From positions 2,144,001 through 2,208,000 of the forward strand of contig CP147780.1 of NCBI GenBank assembly GCA_037310415.1: a stretch of 64,000 nt of DNA, written 5' to 3'. Positions 9,796-18,160 of the stretch are shown here, in pieces; position 1 is the stretch's first letter, and each line of letters starts with the position of its first letter. The notes under the pieces were generated by a model, which worked only from the letters and a program-made list of their open reading frames with translations, did no database searches and was not told the DNA's origin. The position numbers and the translations under genes were made by a program. This DNA is from Candidatus Atabeyarchaeum deiterrae. Its GTDB lineage: Archaea > Asgardarchaeota > Atabeyarchaeia > Atabeyarchaeales > Atabeyarchaeaceae.

Positions 9796-11961
9796 TTGTT
9801 CAGAGACTTTAAGGCGCTTGCACGCTCACGGAGAATCGTTGTGAGTCTGCTCGCTATACCCGTCGGAGTGTTGGGTGGCATTGGTGCAATCATTTTCAAG
9901 GTGATGATTGACCTAAACAACTACGCTTTTTTCGGCTTGCTCTTGCCAATTATCTCAGTGAATAATCAATACTACAATTATTCAGTTCTCCTGTTGCCTG
10001 CCCTCGGAGCGCTAATCGTGGGAATAGTCGTCGGAAAGTATGCTCTCGAGGCTAAGGGACATGGGATCCCTCAAGTAATCGAATGCATGACTTTCAAATG
10101 CGGGCGAATAAGATCCCGAGTCGCAGCAGCCAAGATAATTACATCATCCATCACGCTGGGATCTGGAGGTAGCGCCGGGAAAGAAGGACCGATCGCTCAG
10201 ATTGGAGCCACTCTTGGGTCCATGACCGGCCAGGCGCTCAGACTGTCTGATAGAGACGTGGAACTTCTCGTTGTGTGTGGACTGGCATCTGGCATAGCAG
10301 CAACATTCAACGCTCCCTTGGGAGGAGCGATCTTCGGTTTGGAAATATTGTTCAGAAGATTCGATGTTATTGAAGCAGTGCCTGTGCTTTTGGCATCTGT
10401 CTTTGGTACTATAGTCGCTAGAATATTCTTCGGGAATTTCATATCACTCCCATTGCCAGTTTACGCCATTCCGCAACTCGATGAGCTTCTGCTGTACGCG
10501 CTTATCGGGATCGGTTTCGGAATCGTATCGGCCCTATGGGTTCGTTTATTTTATCTCGTTGAGGGCGGTTTCAACCGCATGAATAGAATTCCATTTGCTC
10601 TCAGAGTGACTATGGGTGGGTTGATTACGGGGCTGATTGGTTTACCCTTCTACGCTCTTTCTCTGGCTCAGTTTGGCGACAATAGCGGCTTCGGGGTTTA
10701 TGGTGTCGGATATGCGGGGATTAACTTCCTGCTGGCTGGAGCCATACCCATTTCGCTTATGTTGCTCTTGGGTCTCGCCAAAATGGCAGGCACATCTTTC
10801 ACTCTGGGCGCAGGAGGTAGTGGAGGGCTGCTAGTACCGACGCTGTATATCGGAAGTATGCTCGGTGGCGCCATGGGCTTAACACTTTACTCACTAACAC
10901 CTGGTCTCATTTCTCAACCCTATGCCTACGCATTAGTGGGTGCGGGGGCGCTCTTCGCTGGGGCATATGGGACTCCAATTGCTCCTATGATCTTCATTCC
11001 TGAGATGGCGAGCAATTTCACCTTGTTGCTGCCCTTGATGTTGTCGTGTTCGCTGAGCCATCTCGTAGCTAGACAGTTGCTCAAGGGTTCTACAATCAAC
11101 ACGGTTCCGCTGGAGCGAAAGGGTATACTCCTTAGCGAATTGACAAATCAGATGAGCACCGACATACTACAAAGAATCAAAGTCAAGGAAGTAATGATGA
11201 AGAAGTTCGTCAAGGTCGATCCAGAGACGCCCGTAAAAGATGTTTCTCACCTGATAGGTTCAAAAGGACTAGAAGCTTACCCCGTGATGAAGGAGGGGCG
11301 ACTCGTCGGGATAGTTGATTATAGGAGCGTCATCGATCTTTCAGCAGAGGACATGAAGTCGAGGTTTGTAAGAGATATCATGAAACACGCCGACACAATA
11401 GGACCTGAAGAGGCATTAAGCGAAGCTGTAGCGACCATGTATGATTTGAATGCTCCTAGACTCGTAGTCCTTGATCCAAGAGGCGAGGGTGTCATTGGAT
11501 TCCTGACTCACGAAGACATAGTAAAAGGATATGAAGAAGTGAGGCACGGACACCGCATTCAGGAATCAGATCCGCTGAAACGAGCAAAAGCGAGGGAGGT
11601 CATGATTAGAAATCCAGCTAAGCTCTCACCAGATCAACCTGTTGAGGACCTCATTAAAGAGTCCAAGGATCGCCTTAACCTTGGATATCCAGTAATGAGT
11701 CGAGGAAAATACTTGGGAATGCTAATATCCAAGGAACTAATTCACCTCAGGAGAAGTCTGAGAGGTGAGCTTAAAGTCCGAGACGTGATGAGACGAGATG
11801 TGCCAATTGCTTCTCCTGAAGAGACTTTGGATAAGGTTTTGGAGAAAATGCATAAATCTAGGGTCACCGTGATACCTGTATTCGAAGAAGGAAAGAGAGG
11901 AAAGTTACTCGGTATCATCACGGAAATGGAAGTCATAAAGGGGTATCAAGAACAGAAATAG
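9796..11961 (+). CDS. CLC chloride channel/antiporter with four CBS domains
   Basis: GHGIP, GSAGKEGP, FNAPLGG motifs; two CBS pairs in the C-terminal ~270 aa. Confidence 0.92.
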   Translation: MFRDFKALARSRRIVVSLLAIPVGVLGGIGAIIFKVMIDLNNYAFFGLLLPIISVNNQYYNYSVLLLPALGALIVGIVVGKYALEAKGHGIPQVIECMTFKCGRIRSRVAAAKIITSSITLGSGGSAGKEGPIAQIGATLGSMTGQALRLSDRDVELLVVCGLASGIAATFNAPLGGAIFGLEILFRRFDVIEAVPVLLASVFGTIVARIFFGNFISLPLPVYAIPQLDELLLYALIGIGFGIVSALWVRLFYLVEGGFNRMNRIPFALRVTMGGLITGLIGLPFYALSLAQFGDNSGFGVYGVGYAGINFLLAGAIPISLMLLLGLAKMAGTSFTLGAGGSGGLLVPTLYIGSMLGGAMGLTLYSLTPGLISQPYAYALVGAGALFAGAYGTPIAPMIFIPEMASNFTLLLPLMLSCSLSHLVARQLLKGSTINTVPLERKGILLSELTNQMSTDILQRIKVKEVMMKKFVKVDPETPVKDVSHLIGSKGLEAYPVMKEGRLVGIVDYRSVIDLSAEDMKSRFVRDIMKHADTIGPEEALSEAVATMYDLNAPRLVVLDPRGEGVIGFLTHEDIVKGYEEVRHGHRIQESDPLKRAKAREVMIRNPAKLSPDQPVEDLIKESKDRLNLGYPVMSRGKYLGMLISKELIHLRRSLRGELKVRDVMRRDVPIASPEETLDKVLEKMHKSRVTVIPVFEEGKRGKLLGIITEMEVIKGYQEQK

Positions 11962-12004
11962 AAAGACATGACGAGAGCGTTGACCGCGATCGGAGGACCA
12001 ACAA

Positions 12005-13306
12005 ATGGCTGTAGGGAAAATGCTTGTCGCCGTCATAATCACCAACCTCATGTGGGGAATCATCCCAATCCCTGCTGTCGATATAATGAAGAGTTACAGT
12101 CTCTTCACGATGCTATTCTTCAGATTCATTTACACCGCAGTTGCATGTATTCTCCTCGTTGGCGTCATGCGACTGCGCTCCCCGTCAGTTAAGGGAATTG
12201 GCGCATATATAACTTCAACAAACAGGGACTACAGAAAGCGTCGCGTTCCCCAACTTCTCTCCCTCGCAATAGTAGCATTCATGCTCTCCCTTGGTCTATC
12301 GTTCTTCTTCTTCAACTACAGTCTGGTTGGTGTAGTAATCGCCACCATGGTCAGCGAGGCGATCACACCCGTTCTCATAGCTTTTTGGAACTGGGCAAAG
12401 GGAACAGAGAAGATGGATATTCTGAAAGGAATCTACATGGCTTCCCTTGTTATCGTTGTCGTCATAATCTCAGTTGCACGCGTAGAGGTAGATGTTACGA
12501 TCAAGGCAATTGGGTTCTTCTATGTCTCGCTTAGTGCGGTATTCTGGACTGCGTATATAGCGCTTATAGCTAAAGATACGCCATCGAAGAAAGAGGTGCA
12601 GGCAGCCGACCTTTCTTCAGAAAGTTACAGGATGGCAAGATCTACGCTTAAACTCGGTGTGACTTTTCTCTTAGCGGCACTAATGCTTTTCCCAATCTCA
12701 ATCCTGTTGCCGCCACTCACTCAGCTACCTGAGTTAGTAGCCCAGTCAAACAAGTTCTGGCTTGACGTATCGAACAACTTCCTAGCAGCGTCAGTAAACT
12801 CAAACGTATTGCTGCTTTCGTTCGGGTTGACTTTTGCGCCGTACTTCCTTTTGTATGCTGCTCAAGCCTTCTGGCCAAAGGAAGCGCTTACCTTCGACCA
12901 GTGGACAGCAATACTCGGACTGCTAACACCACTTGTTGCTGCTTACGTCGGTATCTTTGTGATAGGTGAAGCAATCCGCATAGACTACGCCATAATTGCG
13001 ACAGCGTTCTTGTTGACATCAATAGCCATGAGGTACTTCCATGAGGTCACCAACAAAGTAGTCGGCTACATATTCATACAAATAGAAATAGCCAAGAACC
13101 ACAAGGTTTACTCACACCTCAAGGAAATCAAGGAACTCAGAGAGATCTTCGCCATCACAGGAGAAAAATGCGACATATACTCAGAAGCAGTCACAAGCAA
13201 CCTGAACCATCTCTACCTAATCAGCTCCCAAATCAGAAACATCGATGGAGTAAAGAATGCCAATGTTCTACTTGTGCAGAAGATGAAGACGCCTCACAGA
13301 AAATGA
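12005..13306 (+). CDS. DMT/EamA-like transporter fused to a C-terminal Lrp/AsnC ligand-binding domain
   Basis: 10 TM with LMWG start and GIFVIGEAI; C-terminus GYIFIQ...FAITGEKCDIY...IRNIDGVKNANV is a RAM domain. Confidence 0.75.
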   Translation: MAVGKMLVAVIITNLMWGIIPIPAVDIMKSYSLFTMLFFRFIYTAVACILLVGVMRLRSPSVKGIGAYITSTNRDYRKRRVPQLLSLAIVAFMLSLGLSFFFFNYSLVGVVIATMVSEAITPVLIAFWNWAKGTEKMDILKGIYMASLVIVVVIISVARVEVDVTIKAIGFFYVSLSAVFWTAYIALIAKDTPSKKEVQAADLSSESYRMARSTLKLGVTFLLAALMLFPISILLPPLTQLPELVAQSNKFWLDVSNNFLAASVNSNVLLLSFGLTFAPYFLLYAAQAFWPKEALTFDQWTAILGLLTPLVAAYVGIFVIGEAIRIDYAIIATAFLLTSIAMRYFHEVTNKVVGYIFIQIEIAKNHKVYSHLKEIKELREIFAITGEKCDIYSEAVTSNLNHLYLISSQIRNIDGVKNANVLLVQKMKTPHRK

Positions 13307-13391
13307 TGCTGGAAACAGAATCAAATAAAAGATAGAAGTCGCATTAAGTGCACTTAGAGTAGGCAGTATCAAGCAATGGGGGACAAGTTGA

Positions 13392-13640
13392 ATGGCAGTT
13401 CGCGCAGTCATACTAGTCAGAGTAACGCCGAGAATGTTGAAGCATGTCCTCGGCGAAATAGAGAAACTAACTCTCGTCAAAAGGTACTCCACAATTACAG
13501 GAGAATATGATGTACTGATAGAGGCTCAAGCTAACAGCGTCGAAGAGCTTCACGACATGTTGCTGGATGAACTCGACCCCATAAAGGGCATAGAGGAAAC
13601 AAACACGCATATCATTTTGAAGGATTTGCGAGCTGAGTAG
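13392..13640 (+). CDS. Stand-alone Lrp/AsnC ligand-binding (RAM) domain protein
   Basis: VRAVILVRV...ITGEYDVLIE...IKGIEETNTHII; no HTH. Confidence 0.9.
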   Translation: MAVRAVILVRVTPRMLKHVLGEIEKLTLVKRYSTITGEYDVLIEAQANSVEELHDMLLDELDPIKGIEETNTHIILKDLRAE

Positions 13641-13794
13641 AACCTTCTGAAAATACGCTATTCTCTGCCAGACATGGTTCTGCCGTTCATCTGTAAGAAG
13701 AAAAGCATAGACGATCTCTGGGCTAGTGTTGCCAACACTCCAAGAAAAAGAAAGGGATGAAGTTTGCGTTGTCGAGCACTTACGCAAATTGCCT

Positions 13795-14502
13795 CTATTT
13801 CCGACGACCCACTCTTTTCCCGACATAGAAGACTACGACTATTAGCGCAACCTCAATCAGATTGGCAATGAAAAGGATCGTTGTCAACGAGATACTAGGT
13901 GGAGACCAAAGCGTGGTAGATGTCATAGTCAGATTGGTCCATCCAAGGAACCAGTTATTGACCTTGACTGGGAACCCGGTCGCCTGATCCCAGTAGTAGT
14001 CCCAATAGAATACATTAGGGATTAATAAGTGGTTGACTGCTCTCGACTCGCTGGCGAAGGTCATCGTAACGGTCTCATTGATCTTTGCAGATGATCCAGA
14101 GTAGATAGGATCATCTTTTCCCAAGCCTCCAGCTATCAAGGCTGGGAAAAGCAAGAAGTAACCCGATCCAATGTAGATGTCACCTTGAAGTTGCAGCTGG
14201 GGGTACGCTTTTCCATTTGCATCGTAATAGGTGAGGTTGAGTGTCACATCCGTTCCAACGATGCCGTAGACATAGACGCGGCATCTAGTATAGTTGAATG
14301 AACCCACGCTCGCAGTGTAGTCAGCATAATCTCCCACTTTAACGCCGACATTGCTGTAATTCGCAGCCCATGTGGGGTTAGAGGTTGCAGCTAGCATTAT
14401 GAATATTGAGAAGACCACCAAGCAGAAGGCTATACTTTTCTTCATAGAAACCCTCTTTACTTTCCATGTTTGTCTGAACTTGTTTACTAATTGTGCTGGC
14501 AT
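13795..14502 (-). CDS. Secreted, C-terminally anchored surface protein; start probably ~14445 (MKKSIAF)
   Basis: Signal peptide, VGVKVGDYADY and YWDQATG beta-rich domain, C-terminal TM with basic tail. Confidence 0.75.
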   Translation of the reverse strand: MPAQLVNKFRQTWKVKRVSMKKSIAFCLVVFSIFIMLAATSNPTWAANYSNVGVKVGDYADYTASVGSFNYTRCRVYVYGIVGTDVTLNLTYYDANGKAYPQLQLQGDIYIGSGYFLLFPALIAGGLGKDDPIYSGSSAKINETVTMTFASESRAVNHLLIPNVFYWDYYWDQATGFPVKVNNWFLGWTNLTMTSTTLWSPPSISLTTILFIANLIEVALIVVVFYVGKRVGRRK

Positions 14503-14777
14503 GAGATATTTAACTATATGCAGAGATGCTTCACTCTTGGGAGCTCGTGAGATCAGAGATACCTAAAGACTCTCCAGACTCGCGATCTATGTCAACGGTG
14601 CAGTTTCATGGTTTGAGGAGGTTCGCAACCTTGCATCTGATTGTAGCGGATATGACTACATGTTATTTATAATTGCTACGTTTATCTCTTTGAATAGTCT
14701 CATTAGGTCATCGTTAAGAGTGAGCTATGCGTTTGTCGGCATTGACTGTCTAACAGTATGACACTGTTCGGAAATGA

Positions 14778-15827
14778 ATGGGAGGAACGCAGTACTTGGT
14801 TCTACACGACTTCTACGTAATCTACAATCAGGGCGGTCGATGCATACACCACTACAAGTTTGGAGGGCTAAACGTCAATAGTGAGTTGGTCGGCGCCTTC
14901 CTCGACGCACTTTCATCCTTCGCCATGGAGACAATTCCTTCCAAAGGGCAAATGCGCTTGATAGATAGGGGAAATGTGAAGGTTCTTTTTGAGCAAGGAA
15001 AATACGTTTCTCTTGCATTGTTCGCATCCGACAACTCTACTGAAACACGAGCGCTTCTCGTATCGTTTCTCTCAAAGTTCGAGGAGGACTACGGGGAAGT
15101 GCTCAAGAATTGGGACGGGAGTCTCAATGTTTTCAACGGTTTGGAGGATCTCGTTAAATCCATTTTCAAGAGGGAGAAGGTGTCCCTTGAGAAGATACCT
15201 CCGTCGCTGCTTCCTAAGCCGATTCCTCTTGTTGATGTTACCGGGGCAAAGATGAAAGCTAGCGCCGCCATTTCTGTCATAAGGACGGCGATTCAGGACA
15301 GCTTGATTGGTGTGCTCTCGATCTCTCTGAACCCCAATAAGATAGACCCTATCGGATATGTGAGCCTCCTGAATGGCAAAGGATTCGCCGCGGTCTACAC
15401 CAAACCATACAGCAAGGTTAGGAGAGGTACGGATGCTGCGCGACACATCATTTTCGATAGTGTGACGCTTCCAGCTTGGATAAGGTTTAGAATCGCTGAG
15501 CTCAGGGAGATTGACACGGAGATTGACCGCACGATGAACAAGATAGATGTTCCTTTGAATAAGGTTGTGCTGGACACGCTTTTGTTGCGGCACCAGTATG
15601 ACGAGATCAAGAATTCAAAGCCTAAGACGAAGCAGGTTCTCTCCCCAGAGGAGAAAGGAGAAGTGCATGGCAGGTTCGGGGTAACTGGAGTGAATGTTCT
15701 TACAACGAGTCAGGGGAAGATCACGGTTGATCAACTTGCCTCTTTGCATGGGTTGTCTCCGTTAGAGGTTTCTGATGTTATCGTGTGGGCGTCGGAGAGG
15801 GGGCTCATCGAGTTGATGAGAAACTAA
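14778..15827 (+). CDS. Longin/roadblock-like domain + PATAN(DUF4388)-like + winged-helix protein
   Basis: N-terminal FYVIYNQGGRCI...LVGAFLDALSSFAME...FEEDYGEVLKNWDG resembles Asgard longin domains; C-terminal GKITVDQLA...GLIEL is a wHTH. Confidence 0.7.
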   Translation: MGGTQYLVLHDFYVIYNQGGRCIHHYKFGGLNVNSELVGAFLDALSSFAMETIPSKGQMRLIDRGNVKVLFEQGKYVSLALFASDNSTETRALLVSFLSKFEEDYGEVLKNWDGSLNVFNGLEDLVKSIFKREKVSLEKIPPSLLPKPIPLVDVTGAKMKASAAISVIRTAIQDSLIGVLSISLNPNKIDPIGYVSLLNGKGFAAVYTKPYSKVRRGTDAARHIIFDSVTLPAWIRFRIAELREIDTEIDRTMNKIDVPLNKVVLDTLLLRHQYDEIKNSKPKTKQVLSPEEKGEVHGRFGVTGVNVLTTSQGKITVDQLASLHGLSPLEVSDVIVWASERGLIELMRN

Positions 15828-15977
15828 TATACTTACCTTACTTTAAATTCGCAACATTACTATTTCAAACCCTTCACCTTGCCAAACGCGCCTACTGACG
15901 GAGTTATGACTATTTACTGTATATCAGCAGGCTTATTGTGAATTGGGAGAGATAAGTTAGGTTAGGTTCTGGGCAGA

Positions 15978-16125
15978 CTTGTTCTGGGAGGCAAAGGGCA
16001 GAGTCAGGGCAAGAATAGATTTTAGAGCGAGCTGATAACCAGATATTCATGGGAGACCTGTCCGTGCGCGCGCTGACTACCTCTATCATATCCCAAATCC
16101 TCTTGAACTCTGCCAGCAGATCAAG
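15978..16125 (+). ncRNA. Candidate structured RNA in a convergent intergenic gap
   Basis: Nested stems 15978-86/16117-25, 15997-16004/16107-14 (8 bp perfect), 16018-22/16095-99, 16023-27/16081-85, 16048-53/16061-66. Confidence 0.35.
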
Positions 16126-16182
16126 AGCACTTCCACGCAAGAATAGAAAAAAAGAGGTTATGTTATTCTTCTATTGTGCCCC

Positions 16183-16341
16183 TTACTTCTTCGAAGCTCT
16201 TGGTATGAGTTCACCTAGTCCCAGTATTATAAATGCCAAGCCGATGAGCCAAGTAAGCAGGTAAGGAACCACAATGATAAGTATGCCGAACACTATGAAG
16301 ATCAATGCTAAAAGATAATCCTTAGTCTCTAGGTTGACCAT
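16183..16341 (-). CDS. 52-aa two-TM membrane protein (DUF3096-like), below the ORF-track cutoff
   Basis: Translated by hand: MVNLETKDYLLALIFIVFGILIIVVPYLLTWLIGLAFIILGLGELIPRASKK; GAGGGG SD upstream and T-tract downstream. Confidence 0.8.
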   Translation of the reverse strand: MVNLETKDYLLALIFIVFGILIIVVPYLLTWLIGLAFIILGLGELIPRASKK

Positions 16342-16525
16342 TTCTCTTCCCCTCGAGTCCTTTTGGCTGCTACTCTATTTCTCTTGGCCGCGCTAATAAG
16401 CATTGTGTCCTGTTGGTGCAATGCAACCCAAAGTCTGCCCCAATCAGGGTAACCAATACGCAATTACATGCTTGTGATCCACTTCTGGGATTCCTTGGGC
16501 ACGAATACCATGCCTCTTGTAGTTC

Positions 16526-16804
16526 CTATTTCTTCTTCTCTTGTTGCTTCAGCTTTCTATCTCGGTATTCAACGAATGCATCTGCAGCCTTTTTATTGAT
16601 TTTGCGAAGCGCCGCGACTACGAAATCTGACAGTGTTGCCGAAGTGACTTCTACCCTGTTAACTACTTTTTTGGCGATCTCTTTTGCTACTTGCGCGGCC
16701 TGTTCGGCCGTCACACCAGCTTTCCTAACTGCAGCGACGATCTTGGATTGTATGAAATCCTCTATTCTCCCATCTCTCTTCTTCACCCGCACCATGGCAA
16801 TCAC
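16526..16804 (-). CDS. Stand-alone ATP-cone domain protein
   Basis: VKKRDGRIEDFIQSKIVAAV...EVTSATLSDFVVAAL...AFVEYR. Confidence 0.9.
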   Translation of the reverse strand: MIAMVRVKKRDGRIEDFIQSKIVAAVRKAGVTAEQAAQVAKEIAKKVVNRVEVTSATLSDFVVAALRKINKKAADAFVEYRDRKLKQQEKKK

Positions 16805-17350
16805 ATCCTTCCTTGGCTGTTATCTGGAAAGGGAGAAGCACCATAAATGCTTTGTGCACACGCACTACTATGTGAGAAGTCGTCCTGCGCACATACACCG
16901 TCCATTTACGTGTATCTGGTCTACTTTTGGGAGATTCTCCAGAATAAAAGGACGAGAATAATACGAATGAAATTGTGGAAATAGCTGTTGTAGCAGGTAA
17001 CTTCAAAGCATTGTTAAGGAAGTAGAGACAGCCGTACTTCTCAGTGCCCAACTGAAGAAGAGAGCGGGAACAGTGAGTGTCAGCAAACGCATTTATCTTG
17101 CCGGCACCGAAAGGCTCAAAGACTCGGCGCTATTTGAGTACAGTTCTTCCACTCGCTATCCACACTTGCTACCCCATTCGATCCTGATACTCCACTTCTA
17201 AAGGTGTGCCATTAACATCTTAAATCTTCCATTTCTCACTCGTTCTCAGCTATGTGCGTATCTGCATAGAGATGTTAGAATGCATTCAAAAACAGATCTA
17301 CAGCCAGAATGATAGCGCACGCTGCATTACAGAATAAGAGTTCTAACTTG

Positions 17351-17405
17351 CCCCGGGATGGTAGCGGGGGGATAACCGTCCTGGGATGCTGCCTTCTTTT
17401 CTTTT
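17351..17405 (+). promoter_or_regulatory. Compact pseudoknot/hairpin element resembling a fluoride riboswitch variant, followed by a T-tract
   Basis: GAUGGUAGC...UAACCG...GAUGCUGCCU; P3-like pairing 17360-65/17388-93; competing 11-bp hairpin 17352-62/17375-85. Confidence 0.35.
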
Positions 17406-17515
17406 AGCTTCTATTGATGCAACTAAAAAGTAATTCTAATATAGTAATTGGGATGAAGAATAGTAGAGTGGGACACTGAATTCAGGCGGTCGTTTCAGGT
17501 TCCAGTTGCTATTCC

Positions 17516-18139
17516 TTGCAACAGGTGATCCAAGAAGTGCCAGAACAGAAATTGAAGGACATCAGAACGACAGCGCTCTCCTCGGTGATATTGGGGCTTT
17601 ACCTCTCAGTTCCATCTGAGGAATATGATTCTCTGACGGATGCGATCGGGGAGATGTCTGGCACAATAATTAACACAATGCTTCTTGAGAGCCACTTGAT
17701 GAAGGGTAACTACCTATCAGTTCCAGAGGCATTGACTGCAACGTTGAATGTGCTGGGAAATCTTCTTGGAACGAGAACTGCGAAACTCAGGCTCATGAGG
17801 GGAAAGGAAGCTGAGCTGGTGTTAGCTGACTGCCCGATTTGCGAAGCTTCGGCAACCCTGTCTATAAAACCTGATAAACCGATTTGCAAGATGCTGGGAT
17901 TAATGATCAGGAAGGTGACTGTCGGCTATCTTCAAAGGCTGGGAATTGAAGCGGAGCTTGAAGCCGAAGAAACCGAGTGTAAGGCGAAAGGGGCGCCTGC
18001 CTGCATATTTAAGTTGACGTGGAAAGAGGAAAAGGCAGTTCACACAAAGTATGTTGAGTGGGAGGAGAAACGAGCTGAAGAGGAATGTAGGGCACGCCTC
18101 GACTCCTTAACCATAAGATCTGGGATAAGGACTCTCTGA
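17516..18139 (+). CDS. V4R domain protein; start probably GTG 17537
   Basis: DCPICE...PIC...EETECKAKGAPACIFK; AGGTGA SD at ~17523. Confidence 0.85.
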   Translation: MQQVIQEVPEQKLKDIRTTALSSVILGLYLSVPSEEYDSLTDAIGEMSGTIINTMLLESHLMKGNYLSVPEALTATLNVLGNLLGTRTAKLRLMRGKEAELVLADCPICEASATLSIKPDKPICKMLGLMIRKVTVGYLQRLGIEAELEAEETECKAKGAPACIFKLTWKEEKAVHTKYVEWEEKRAEEECRARLDSLTIRSGIRTL

Positions 18140-18160
18140 ATTCCTAACTGCTCAAGTCTG

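Noticed and set aside
14530-14665. Scattered 4-7 bp hairpins (also 8060-8150, 51290-51345)
   Set aside because: Within what is expected by chance once G-U pairs are allowed
16960-17200. Short + strand reading frames suggesting a gene fragment
   Set aside because: No start codon or convincing family motif
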